Part shown: one piece after another, positions 25,204-38,242 of the stretch
Layout of the letters: every line of letters starts with the position of its first letter
How positions within the stretch are numbered: position 1 is the first letter of the stretch
Source of the DNA: Malacoraja senta
Lineage: Eukaryota
Assembly (NCBI GenBank): GCA_038087875.1
Contig: CM075988.1
Coordinates: 8,186,001-8,250,000, forward strand
DNA length: 64,000 nt
Direction of reading: 5' to 3'
The notes under the pieces: model-generated
Seen by the model: the letters and a program-made list of their open reading frames with translations, nothing else
What the model was told of the DNA's origin: nothing
Databases searched by the model: none
Translations under genes and position numbers: made by a program

Positions 25204-26111
25204 CATGTGGAGAACATGTGGAGATGTTCTCAGTCCAAATTGAAAACAATGCTTTGATCTCCCTCAAAGAAAGGAACAAAAGCCTACAGATAAAGACATA
25301 AAGTGCTGGATTAACTCAGTGGGTCAAGCTGCATCTCTGGAGAATATTGATATGTGACGTTTCGGGTTGGGACCGTTCTACACAGTGTAAAAGGATCCTG
25401 ATCCAATCGGCACCTGTCCATGTTCTCCAGAGATGCTGCTTGACCTGCTGAATTAGTCCAGCACTTTGTGTCATTTTTTGTAATCCAGCATCTACAGTTC
25501 ATTGTTTCTACAAAAGACTACAGATGCTGGATATTTGAAAATAATATTAACAAAAACAAAATCTACAGGTGATTCTCAGCAGATCAAGCACTATCTGTGG
25601 AGTGAGGAATGCAGTGATTAACATGAAATTCTAACTCTGTTTATCGCCTGACAGCTTCCAGCACTTTCTGTTTTCATTTAATATATTTCTCAACAATGTT
25701 TTCTACTCTGATTTAAAATCTACTGCCTATTCTCAACCTAAGGTAGGGAGAAGGGAATCACAACCACTCTCATCGATCACTGTCTAACGTTCTCTCACTT
25801 GTATAGGTTTCCTCTAGGTGCTCCACTTTCCTCCCCCACCCCAAAGACATGCGAGTTTGTAGGTTAATTCGCCTCAGTAAAATTGCCCCTCGTGTGTGGA
25901 GAATGGATGAGAACGTGGGATAACATAACATAGACCAATTGTGAACAGGTCAGGCCTGATTCTAATCATGTATAGTCTTTCTGTTGACTGGGTAACATGC
26001 AACAAAAAAGTGTTTCACTGTACCTCAGTACACGGGACAATAAACAGAAAGAAACAGTCTGATCGGTCTGGACTCGGTTGGCCGAAAGGCCCATTTCCAT
26101 GCTGTATCTCT

Positions 26112-26407
26112 TAACTAAACCAAACTAAACTAAACTAAACCAAACTAAACTAAACTAAACCAAACTAAACTAGGCTAACCTAAGCTAAAATAAACTAAAC
26201 TAAACTAAACTAAACTAGGCTAAGCTAAACTAAACTAAACCAAACTAAACTAGGCTAAGCTAAGCTAAACTAAACTAAACTAAGCTAAGCTAAACTAAAC
26301 TAGGCTAAGCTAAACTAAACTAAACTAAACTAAACTAGGCTAAGCTAAACTAAACTAAACTAAGCTAAGCTAAACTAAACTAGGCTAAGCTAAACTAAAC
26401 TAAACTA
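26112..26407 (+). repeat. (TAAAC)n microsatellite, the expanded tail of the upstream SINE
   Basis: About 59 pentamers with CAAAC, TAAGC and TAGGC variants, directly after gctgtatctc. Confidence 0.95.
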
Positions 26408-26493
26408 GCGGAATGATCACAGCGGAACTGCACTAATTCCCATGGTGCTCTAACCTGCTGCCTTTTGTTGTTCTAGCTCCATGTTCAATGAAC

Positions 26494-27518
26494 TACCGCA
26501 AGGCTCAGTGCTGGGACCCCAGCTATTTACAATTTATATTAATGATCTGGATGAGGGAATTGAAGGCAACATCTCAAAGTTTGCGGATGACACTAAGCTG
26601 GGGGGCAGTGTTAGCTGTGAGGAGGATGCTAGGAGACTGCAAGGTGACTTGGATAGGCTGGGTGAGTGGGCAAATGTTTGGCAGATGCAGTATAATGTGG
26701 ATAAATGTGAGGTTATCCACTTTGGTGGCAAAAACAGGAAAGCAGACTATTATCTAAATGGTGGCCGATTAGGAAATGGGGAGATGCAGCGAGACCTGGG
26801 TGTCATGGTACAACAGTCATTGAAAGTAGGCATGCAGGTGCAGCAGGCAGTGAAGAAAGCGAATGGTATGTTAGCTTTCATAGCAAAAGGATTTAAGTAT
26901 AGGAGCAGGGAGGTTCTACTGCAGTTGTACAGGGTCTTGGTGAGACCACACCTGGAGTATTGCGTACAGTTTTGGTCTCCAAATCTGAGGAAGGACATTA
27001 TAGCCATAGAGGGAGTGCAGAGAAGGTTCACCAGACTGATTCCTGGGATGTCAGGACTTTCATATGAAGAAAGACTGGATAGACTTGGCTTATACTCGCT
27101 AGAATTTAGGAGATTGAGAGGGGATCTTATAGAAACGTACAACATTCTTATGGGGTTGGACAGGCTAGATGCAGGAAGATTGTTCCCGATGTTGGGGAAG
27201 TCCAGGACAAGGGGTCACAGCTTAAGGATAAGGGGGAAATCCTTTAAGACCGAGATGAGGAAAAACTTTTTCACACAGAGAGTGGTGAATCTCTGGAACT
27301 CTCTGCCACAGAGGGTAGTTGAGGCCAGTTCATTGGCTATATTTAAGAGGGAGTTAGATGTGGCCCTTGTGGCTAAAGGGATCAGGGGGTATGGAGAGAA
27401 GGCAGGTACGTGATACTGAGTTGGATGATCAGCCATGATCATATTGAATGGCGGTGCAGGCTCGAAGGGCCGAATGGCCTACTCCTGCACCTATTTTCTA
27501 TGTATCTATGTATCTATG
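26494..27518 (+). mobile_element. Young 5'-truncated CR1 LINE
   Basis: 310-aa frame from PQGSVLGP through FADD to the C-terminus; (TATCTATG)n tail; similar to 816-1875. Confidence 0.94.
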
Positions 27519-27600
27519 AAAGTTTAGGTAAGAAACTAGGAAATTCATTTATACATGGAAAAGGTGATTCATAAAACTGAACGAGAGCAGAATTTCCTAA

Positions 27601-27677
27601 CAGAGTGTTGCTATGATGAACTCAGGGGCAGAGTGTTGCTATTATGAACTCAGGGGCAGAGTGTTGCTATGATGAAC
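27601..27677. repeat. 28-bp tandem repeat, about 2.7 copies
   Basis: CAGAGTGTTGCTATGATGAACTCAGGGG repeated. Confidence 0.9.
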
Positions 27678-28227
27678 AAAGGTTACAGATGGAGAGTCAG
27701 TGTTGGCTGGTGTCGGGGATCTCCTAACATGGGAACAGCTATCAGGAGCTGGGAAGGTGCACGGCATGGAAACAAATCAAAGCTACAAAGGAAATCAAAT
27801 AAGTAAATTTCCCAAACAGTTGAGATGTTCTACTATCTCTTCCTCGAAAATTAATACCTCAAGCCATAAAGCAGAGGCTGGCTGTTTTATTCAGCAATGT
27901 TGCTGATGGATTTCAAGGCTCTTTTAATGCAGCCATCAATTGTTTCCCAGGGAAGCAGTTTTGGTTCTGCCTCATAGCCATTCCCTGTTAGTGCAGCACA
28001 TGTCTGACAGTAATTCAAGGCTATTCCTGTCATGTCTGTGACAGGCAAATCTCTCTCCGTGAACAAACACATTCCCCACCTGAGTGAGCCTCATAAATCT
28101 GTGAGCGATTGGCACTGGGAGCTGTCGCTCGCTAAATAACACCCTGTCGCTGTCCAAAGGGACGTGAAGCCTCTGTGCAATGATATTAATTCCTGCCTCT
28201 CCCAGCTGCTTTCTTTCTTCACCTTAC

Positions 28228-28396
28228 CTAAACGCCTCGATGATGTACGATGTGACTGCTGAGCCTCCGATGTGTTGGCTTGGCTGCCATGTCAAGGTGA
28301 CACTATTGCGGGTAACGTCGGTGATCACTGGCTTGGAGGGAGGGCCTGGAAGTAGGTCGGGTTCAGCCGAGAGGATGCGAGTAGGACTCCCGCTTT
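28228..28396 (-). CDS. ROBO3: Roundabout receptor internal exon (169 nt), first half of FN3-1
   Basis: ctttacttcag|AA AGC ... GCG TTT AG|gtaagg. Encodes (E)[55 protein letters not shown](S). The [14 protein letters not shown] motif is ROBO3-like. Confidence 0.94.
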
Positions 28397-28599
28397 CTGA
28401 AGTAAAGAAAGACAGGTTTTTCAGTTGTCATCATTGTTATTAACTTGCAGGGAAACAGATCTCACAGCCAAGAATACGTTGCCAGGAACTTTGTCCTAGA
28501 ACCAGAAACATAGGGTTTAAACTCTGTTGACTCATTCAACCTTTAGTTGGCAGCAGAGAGAATGTGAAACCTCTAATCGGAAGGCTGGATCTGAATGAA

Positions 28600-29035
28600 C
28601 ATATGGAGGCCACGGTAGGATGGGACATGAGAGGGTCACCATTGAATGCGACGTTAGGAGCCCACCATTGAATTGGACGTGAGAAGCCCAACATTGGGAT
28701 GGACATGAGGAGCCCACAATTAAATCAGAGATCCCAAAAATCACCATTGAATGGGGCCTGAGATGTCTTCCACTGAATTGGACACCATTGAATGGAACAC
28801 GAGAAGCCCACCATTGAATGGGAGATCACAAGCCCGCCATTGAATGGAACATGAGGAAACTACCATTGAATGGAACTTTAGGAGCTCACTGCTGAATGGA
28901 ACATGAAGAACCCACCCTTTAATGGGAGATCATGACCCCGCCATTGTATCTTCTTGACGAGCCCATCATTGAGTGGGACATCAGGATTCCACCGATGAAT
29001 GGACATTCAAAACTCGCCATATAATGGAGCATGAA
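28600..29035. repeat. Degenerate minisatellite of about 26 bp
   Basis: Consensus roughly CCCACCATTGAATGGGACATGAGGAG, about 16 diverged units. Confidence 0.85.
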
Positions 29036-30434
29036 TCAATATGAAGCTGGAAATCCTTGGGCTTATATAATTTGGAGGGATAGTAAACAGAGGAACATGA
29101 GAGATCCTTAGCTTGTTGGTCATGTTGATCCTTTCACCAACATAAACTATTGATTTATCCTGACACAGTGAAGAGTGACTGTATAAGAATCATTTATGGC
29201 TGTCATTGCTGTTTGTGGACCTACCCATCTTAAACTTTGATCTATAACATAGCTCTACTGTGATGCATCTGGTGATCAATTAGCCATGCAATAGGGACAT
29301 TGTGGGTGAGAGTGGTAAAGATGAATTGACCGAGGCAACCTGTTCCATGCCTTGTATTTATCATGCTTTCCTATAAAGGGACTAGGGGGAAATTAATACA
29401 CAAGGAAGAAAGTCAAATGAATCTCAGAGATAGCTGCAATACTCAAAATCTGTCCTCTCAAACATCTATCAGTTGAATTCTCCAGCAATGAAGGTTATTC
29501 CTTCAGCTGCCAATGCCTCAAGCTGTGGAAACCTAATCTTCTTAAACCCCTTCTCCTTGTGAACTCTTTATCGCCTTTTTATACAAATTCTAAAATCTAT
29601 CTGTATGACCACACTTTATGCCTTCTCTAACGTCCTCTTCTGTAGCTTAGTCAAATTCTGAAGAAGGGTCTCGACCTGAATCCTCACCCGTTCCTTCTAT
29701 CTAGAGATGCTGCCTGTCCCGCTGAGTTACTCCAGCATTTTGTGCCTATCTTCGGTAAAAACCAGCATCTGCAGTTCCTTCCTACAATAAACAGGCCTAT
29801 TAATCTCCTTGGAATATTTATCATCACAGATGATGCTACATAAATACAAGGTGATGCTTTTAATGTAGCTCACTTGTATTCATTTAACTGAAGCCTAAAC
29901 GTGTATGTTTATTGCAGACTGCATCTGTAGATGTCTAGCCAGAGACAGCCAGTAAGTTACCATACACAGTATAGTCCCTGGGATCCTGGTGCATTTTGTT
30001 AGCATTGTCACTCAATGCAAATGGTGCAGAAACAGCCATTTTAGATAACAGCAACAGAAGCTACAGGCGAATAAAGAAATACAAGTACAAACAGAAATCC
30101 ATGAGGGAATTCAGCAAATTCTGCCCTCACTGTAGCGGACACACTAAAACTGAGGGACAATTTGGAGCTCTATGCATCCACCAAGTGATGCTTTGTTGAA
30201 TTTATCCCCTGAAATACTTCCAGAGATAACCCGGATCTTAGTGCCTGTTGTTTATCATGGGACTGCAGGGATAGGTGTTCGCTCTGCATCCATGAAGTCA
30301 TGAATAATGACTCCAAGGCAGCTGCAGGTATCACTGTTTTCTCTAACAAGCTCCACTCCACAGCAAGTATAAGCATACTATTCCTTAAAGGTCTATGTGC
30401 ACTGTGTGCTAGCCTGCTCCATCCTTGTTACTAA

Positions 30435-30629
30435 AGGGCCTGTCCCACTTAGGCGACTCTTTAGTCGACTGCCAGGCACTAGTTTTAATGGAATTCACCT
30501 ACAACAGCTGGCGACAACCTATGACAGCAAAAATTGTTGCCACTGTCGCCGAAAAATGTTCAACATGTTGAAAATTTTGCGGCAGTCGCCTGTAGTCGCC
30601 CAAAAAATCGCCTAAGTGCAACAGGCCCA
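30435..30629. mobile_element. PIF/Harbinger-type MITE
   Basis: TIR GGGCCTGTCCCACTTAGGCGA versus TCGCCTAAGTGCAACAGGCCC; flanked by TAA and TTA (TWA target); internal GTCGCC repeats. Confidence 0.78.
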
Positions 30630-31998
30630 TTACAGTTGATAATTTTCTCTAATGCACTGCGCAATCAAAGACGTTTGTTAAACCCCTGACCTCCCCTCAT
30701 TCTAGGTCACGGTATGACATTGGAAATCTAGCTGCCAGTGATCTATGCGAGGGGAGTTCATTCAGGAGCAATTATAGAGAAAGTCCAGCTATTTATCAGG
30801 AGATCTATCTACATTTCTTACGGAGGTGATTCTGTGCTGGCAGCTCCAAACTGTGCTCTTCTCCTTTGCTTCTGCCCAGGAACCTCCTTTCCCCCAATCT
30901 ACTAAGTACCTCCACATTCAAGCTTTCACAGAACAGTGCACCACAGGAACAGGCCCTTCATCCCACAATATCCATAATACCAATTTAAACTATTCTCCTC
31001 GGCCTGCACGTGATCCAGATCCCTCCATTCCCTGCATATTCATGTGCCCATCTAAACGCCTCTTCAAAGGCCCTATTGTGTCTGCCTCCACAGCTGAAGA
31101 TCCACCCTCCCTTTTAGTGAGTGAGTTTTAGCTCAACCCTTGCCCAAGAGGTATTTCAAATATCCTCAGGATGTGGGAGTCAATACTGGCATTAATTGGC
31201 AATGTCTTTGAGTTTTATAACAATTTGACAAAACAAAGGGGTTGGCCGAACAAGCAAAAGGTTGTTAAAAGTCAACCACGTTGGTATGTGACTGGAGTCA
31301 TGTACAGGCCAGACCATGTTTCATACCCAAATGAACATTTAGGGAATCATTCAGATTTTCCTTAAGTCGAATAGGTACATGATTATTTTTACTGACGATC
31401 ACCTCCAAATTTTCCATCTTCTTCTTCTTCTTCTTGCGTATGGCGTGCACAGCCTAAAGTTGTAGGACAACTTGTTCTATTTGATCTTATTTGATTGTGA
31501 CTGAATTCAGATTTTCATTCCATCATTGTAGGATGTGAACACTAACTCTGATATTATTAATGAGCACGAAACACCTGCAGATGCAGGTTTGCACCGAAGA
31601 CAGACACAAAATGCTGGAGTAATCCATCGGGTCAGGCAGCATCTCCAGAGAAAAGCAATAGGTGATGTTTTGTGTCGAGACCCTTCTTCAGATATTATGA
31701 TTGCAGCTTTGGAACTGTACATTACATTACTCTAAGTTTAAAACCGCTCACGTGGAATCCGACTGACCCACTGACTAAGGAAGCTTGTAAAAGAGTTTTT
31801 AAGCTAATGCTTTGACTTACGTGGCAACTTCATTTCTATTCTCATTCCATTTAGTAACCATCATGAAAACCCATTTTGAATGTAAGATAAATGGACTTGT
31901 TTTTCTATTTTAATTTTAATTAAACCGCAGATACCAGAGACCTCCCTTTGCTTTTATTTGCCCTCCAGTTGATGTAATGTGACTTCATTGCTCCATAC

Positions 31999-32080
31999 CT
32001 TGTACCTCCAGGTAGCCACTCCAGGTGGTCTCTCCACTTGATCCAGTGGCAACACAGATGTACATTCCAGTATCGCTGAC
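31999..32080 (-). CDS. ROBO3: Roundabout receptor internal exon (82 nt), end of Ig5
   Basis: Not in the ORF track. ttgttgccag|GTC AGC GAT ... GTA CAA G|gtatgg. Encodes VSDTGMYICVATGSSGETTWSGYLEVQ with the Ig DxGxYxC motif. Phases fit both neighbours. Confidence 0.93.
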
Positions 32081-32104
32081 CTGGCAACAAAAGCAGACCC
32101 AATT

Positions 32105-32390
32105 TAGTTGAGTTTAGAGACACAGTGCAGAAACAGGCCATTCGGCCCACCGAGTGTGCTGACCAGCGATTCCCGTACACTAACACTATCCCACATACAC
32201 TATTTTACCAAGCTAATTAACCTACAAACTTCTATCTCTTTGGTAGGAAACCAGAACACACAGAGAAAACCCACGCAGGTCACAGGGAGAACGTACAAAC
32301 TCCATACAGACAGCACCCGTGGTCAGGATCAAACCCAGGTCTCTGGCACTCTAAGGCAGCAACTCTACCACTGTGCCATCATGCCGCCCC
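32105..32390 (-). mobile_element. HE1-type SINE ending about 25 nt upstream of a ROBO3 acceptor
   Basis: Reverse-complement SINE consensus. Confidence 0.82.
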
Positions 32391-32499
32391 AATTTGGAAA
32401 TGGTTCTCGTTCCCCTTTGCTGTCTACAGATTATATCATCAAGACATCCTTGGGTACCATCAAGATGTTCTATAAACTGATGTAAAAGCTTTTACTTGT

Positions 32500-33060
32500 T
32501 TAACATATTCAAACCAAAACATGAGTGATATGAGAGCCGATAATACATTCAGCAGTTTAGATAGCTTTAGTGGGCAGGGAAACAGGGTTAAAGGCTGCAT
32601 CTCAAGGTGGTTGAGGATACAGATCAGCCAAAATGTAATTAAATTGTTCACATGGTACCTCATCCTGGATCCTATGTGTTCTGACTTTCCGCATTACCCT
32701 ACCATATGAGACCTTGTCAAAAGTCTTATTAAGGTCCATGTTGACAATATGAATCCGCCTGCCATCATCAATCCTCTTGACCACCTCTTCAGAAAACTTA
32801 AATCAAATTTGTGAGACTCGATTTCACACTCACAGAACCATGCTTACCATCCCTAATCAGTTCATGCCTTTTTTAAATGCAGACAGATCCCGTTTCTCAG
32901 AATCCTTTCCTGTAATGTTTCCATTACTGATGTGAGGTTTCCCCATTTTGTTTATTTCCCTGGCTAGTCCTTGCAGCCTTTCTTAAATAAAGGCACAATG
33001 TTAGCCACTCTCCAGTTTTCCGGCATCACACTTGTGGCTAAGGAAGGTACAAACATCTCT
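32500..33060 (-). mobile_element. Old CR1 RT fragment
   Basis: MDLNKTFDKVSYGR resembles MDFSKAFDKVPHGR. Confidence 0.7.
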
Positions 33061-34511
33061 GCCAGCTACGTCTTTGCAATAATGTCTTGTTTTTTTTGCA
33101 CCGCTTTCTTTTAGAAATGGTGCGTGTAATCTATCTATAATTTATGTATAATTCGATTTGATGAGCTTGTTTGAGTCCATTTGCCGGTGATGCGGTTGCA
33201 AGGAAGGTCTTCCATTAGTGCTTCTACCTCACCCGACCTGTGCATTGACAACAAACTTGACTTGACCCGCACATTTTGGGATCAGGGAGTAAACCAGAGC
33301 ACCCAGGGATATCCACAAAAATCCCAGAAAGTGCAAACTCCATACAGACAGCATCTGAGTTCAGAATTGAACCCGGGTCTCTGGCCCTCTAAAGCAACAG
33401 CTCCCTAAGTTGCACCATTGTATATTGGGCATTATAGGCACTGAACAAACTGCTGCAGGAACTCAGAGGGTCAGGCAGCATCTGTGAAGGGAAATGGACA
33501 GATGACATTTTGGTCGGAATTCTTCTTCAGACTGAAGGAAGGTCCTGACCAAAACGTTGTGTGTGTATTTCTCTCCACAGATTCGGCTTGTCCTGCTGAA
33601 TTCCTTTAAGATTTTGTATTTTACTCAAGATTCCCATATCTGCAGTCTCTTGAGTCTGCAGTGCAGGTGTCAAGAAACTTTGGCTAAGTGTTGTATTTTA
33701 CATCTGAATATTGTTTCAATTAAGTGGGCGATTTTCATAATGTATACAGATTCTACGATATTGCATCCATTATGTTATTGGTCTGAGGATGAATCCCTAT
33801 CATCCTGTTTAACTTGTGAAATATGATTTATTCAAGGTTTTACAAGTAATTGGATCTTAAAAATAATTGAACAGCTTTTCAAAATGCCAGCACAAGCACA
33901 ATGGGATGTAATGCCTCCTTCTGGGTATTAGGAATGCATAACATCTTCCCACTGATTTAACAACTAATACAGGTCTTCGTGCAACAGATTAAAATGCATT
34001 ATATAAAGTTGCTGACCTGATTTATACATTTTCGCAATTTATTTACAATTGTCTCACTGAGGAAGATGCAAAATGTGCTGACAATTCGTTCTCACCACCT
34101 CACATGAGATCATGCAGTCAAAAGTACTCTGAGCATCCTTCTTAACACTACTCCACATCTCCAACCTTGACACAATGTTAATTGAAATAGTGAATAACAT
34201 CCAAATCAATGGTAATTTGCTGCACTAATTAGAATGCAAGGAAGGATCAGACATTGATCGACAAGTGCATGCTTCAGGAAGAAAGATTTAGCTACAACAT
34301 ATATAGCTTTTGTATATATTATAACGTGTATGTTATGTATATTGATATTATATATTATATACATTTTATTATACGTATTATACAGTATATACTGTAATAC
34401 AATATCTTACATATAGAATACAATAATATATATTATATTATATAATATATATTATAATATTGTAAAATGTATAAATCAGGTCAGCAACTTTCTACAATGC
34501 ATTATAATATG

Positions 34512-34555
<44 letters not shown>

Positions 34556-36796
34556 GCAACAGATTAGAATGCATTGTAGAAAGTTGCTGACCTAATTTAT
34601 ACGCTTTACAATATTATAATATATAATATAATATGTAGTATAATATTGTATATTATATATTATATATATTAGCATATATATTAGAGCAGTTTGTTCGGTT
34701 GAAAGTCAAGGAATATTGGTCACATAACTGGAATTAGTCATTGAGACATAAGAAACTGCAGATGCTGGAATCTTGAGCAAAAGCCAAGGAACATCTGTTC
34801 AGACAGCATCTGGGGAGGATAATGAACAGATAACATCTCGAGTCGGGACCCCTCTTTGGACTTTTTCTCTTCAATTAGCATCAGGAGATCTTTGAAGTCA
34901 CCCTGCGCTAACTGCGGAGTTAATCAAAGGGGAGAATCTCTCATCCTATCCTCGACAAAGGCAGCACCTTTGACAATGCTGCGCTCTCTCACAATGGCTC
35001 TGAAATGTAGCTCTAAGTTCTCTAATTTGAGATTTACATGCACATCCTCCACAGGCAAGACAGCAGCTGCCAAATGAGGCAAGTGGACATGTTCTGGTTC
35101 AATCAGTAAATCAGGTGGTATCCCTTCAGTTACACACTCCATTACACATCCCATTACACACTCCATTACACACCTTGCCCATAATATTCTACATCTTTTG
35201 TGTTGCACACCAGTTATGACACCCCACCTGGGTTTCATTTCCATCACTGGCTTCAGATGGAAAACGTTGCAAAAGAGAGCTTCATATCATTATTGTGGCT
35301 TGGATATACAATTCCATCGTGTTGTTGACTCATTACACGTCTGTTGCCGTTTGCTCATTCACACTGTGCTACACTTGAGATCTTCTGTGTAAACAAGTGA
35401 TTCAGGGCAGAAGCACTCACCCAAACATAGTGAATATGACAAAACAAGGAGCTGCAGATGCTGGTTTACACGGAACGGGCACGGTTTACAGGCACGGAAA
35501 TCGCTATCAAAACATGGGGGGGGGACACACAATTTCTTGGCGGCCGCACGCACGCATGCACACACACACACGTGCTCCGTGGGCCCTGTGCACGGTAACA
35601 TCGGAAGCTGACCTGGTTGGTGACCAACTCTGAACTCCCGCGTTGTGGGACGTCGTGGGGCATCGTGGGGCTTGAATCGGCCCGTTCACAGGGCCTTTCA
35701 TCGGCCAGCGGGGGCTTCAACATCGGGAGCCTCGATCACCTCAATGCAGCAGTTTGATTTTAAGTCGCGCCGGGTGCTGAAAGACCCCACCAACGGGCCG
35801 ATTCAGCCCTTAGAAGCCGTCTGATAATGTCCGGATTACAAAACATGGGGGGGATTGTCCCCCACCTCTCAAAGCTTGGGGGGGGATGTGCCCCCCCCCC
35901 CACCAAGATTTACGCCCATGCACGGTGCTGGAGTGACTCAGCGGGTCAGGCAGCATCCATGTAGAACATGGATAGGTAGTGTTGATAGGTAACCTCACCT
36001 ATCTGTGTTCTCCAGAGATGCTGCCAGACCTGCTGAGTTACTCTAGAATGGTATTTCATATAAAACTGAATCCAGACTCTTCAGTGATATCTTGTAGTGA
36101 TATCTAATGCTTCAGCAGATATCTAATTCCTTCAGAATTGGTTAAGAGAGTGGGAAAGGATCTGAAAAGTGGAGGAGGGTAATGTGAAATTGTAGAAAAC
36201 AGACATTTGCCAAAAAGAGTGAAAAGTGTTCAATGTAAATAGCAAGAGGCTTCCGCACGCTGAGATGCAAAAGGACCTGGCTGTCCCAGTGCATGGATTG
36301 CAAAGACTAGACCACTAGGTTCTCATTGTTTGCCATGGGTAAGGAGCATGAACGTTTCACAGATAACAATCGTGGATGCATCTACGACTGCTGGCAAGGA
36401 GACTCAGGTGACAATGTCAAACACTGGTCAATCCTGCATGAACATGGATCTTCCAAGGTATGATTCAGCCTTTCAAATCACCCCAGATTCCGGCATCAAT
36501 TACAAATCTACCCAAGTTCCTGACCCCAGCTATTCCTGACACCAGCTGTAAGTGAATCCAGTCCACACTCCGGATATACAATTCCATCTTCTTGTTGACC
36601 CATTACATGTCTAGTCCACACTCCGGATCCCGGCTTTCCATTCAAACACACGACCTACTTTCCAAATCCTCAGGCTCCACTCCCAGCCCTACATTCCAGA
36701 TCCTGGCTCTCCGGCTACATATCCAGCCCACATTCTGGGTCCTGGCTGTCATGCCACACTAGATAGACACAAAATGTCTATCTAGTGTGTAACATG

Positions 36797-37097
36797 GCGT
36801 GGCACGGTGGCGCAGCGGTAGAGGTGCTGCCTTACAGCGCTAGAGACCCGGGTTCGATCCTGACTACGGGAGACGGCTGTACGGAGTTTGTACGTTCTCC
36901 CCGTGATCTGCATGGGTTTTCTCCGGGTGCTCTGGTATCCTCCCACACCCCAAAGACGTACAGGTTTGTAGGTTAATTGGCTTGGTATAATTGTAACTTG
37001 TCCCGAGTGTGAGTAGGACAGCATTAGTGTGTGGGGATCGCTTGTCGGCACCAACTCAGTGGGCCGAAGGTCCTGCTTCCACGATGTATCTCTAAAC
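36797..37097 (+). mobile_element. HE1-type SINE
   Basis: A and B boxes, central domain, tail. Confidence 0.87.
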
Positions 37098-37774
37098 CGA
37101 ACAAAACTCAGCGGGTCAGGCAGCATCCCTGGAGAAGAGGAATAGGTCGTGCCACACAGTTGGCCACACTCCAGCTCCAGCCACACCCCGCCATGTTTCT
37201 GACTCCCCTCCAGCGTTCCTGACTTGAACCTCAACCCTATCTCCAGCTCCACACCAAATATTAGCATTCAATAGGTAGCAGAATAAGACATCAAATGCAA
37301 TCCACTTAGTAGTGAGCAAGATTTACCGGACACTGCATGAGAGGACTCTGTTGAAATGCCAAGTATTTACCATCACTCCCAGTAATACATGGCCTCGCTC
37401 GCATGCAGATTTCAAGTTCAATTCAAGTTTATTTGAGGATAATGAGGACATAGTGTTCGCAGGTGCAATCAATAACTTGGAAAGTGGAACATAATGTTAT
37501 TGTTTATTGGCAGGGGAATTTAATACAAATGTGGGGAGATTTCACCAGTTATATAGGACCTTTACAAGACCCTGTCTGCAGTGCTGTATGCAGTATTCCT
37601 ATTCAAGGAAGAATGTTAAATGCATTGGAACCAGTTCAGAAAAGATATACTAGGTTGATGCCATGGACATGTGAGTTATCTTACGAGGAAAGATTGGACA
37701 GACTGTGCTTACATTACATTTAGAACGAGGCAATTTAAACATATAAGATTCTGAGGGTTCTTGGCAGTGCCGTC

Positions 37775-38010
37775 TGACAAAAGTGATTAACACTGCCCAA
37801 TCCTTCATTGGTACTGACCTTCCCACCATCAAGGTGATCTACAGGGGTAGCTGTCTCTTAAAGGCTGCCAGCATCAACAGAGGCGCACACCACCTTGGCC
37901 ATGCTCTCATTTCATTCCCGCCAACAGAAAGAAGGTTGTAACTATAACTGAAAACTATAATGTCCAGGTTCAGGAGCAACGTCTTGCCATCAATAATCAA
38001 GCTATGAAAT
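37775..38010 (+). mobile_element. Rex1/Babar-like LINE 3' fragment
   Basis: VINTAQSFIGTDLPTI...KAASI...HLGHAL resembles the Rex-type ORF C-terminus. Confidence 0.6.
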
Positions 38011-38242
38011 AATACGACCCTCAAATAAACATACACACACACATATATATTTAATGTGTATGTGTGTTTATTATATATGTGTGTGTGTGTGTGCGCATTA
38101 TATGTATATATATATATATATATACTCTCAAAACTAGACTAAACCAGAGATTATCTCTAAACTAAACTAAACTAAAAGTACCTTTGTAAAAGGCATCATA
38201 TAAATAGTGTTTTTCTAATAATCTGGTCAGATTTGCTCTGCT

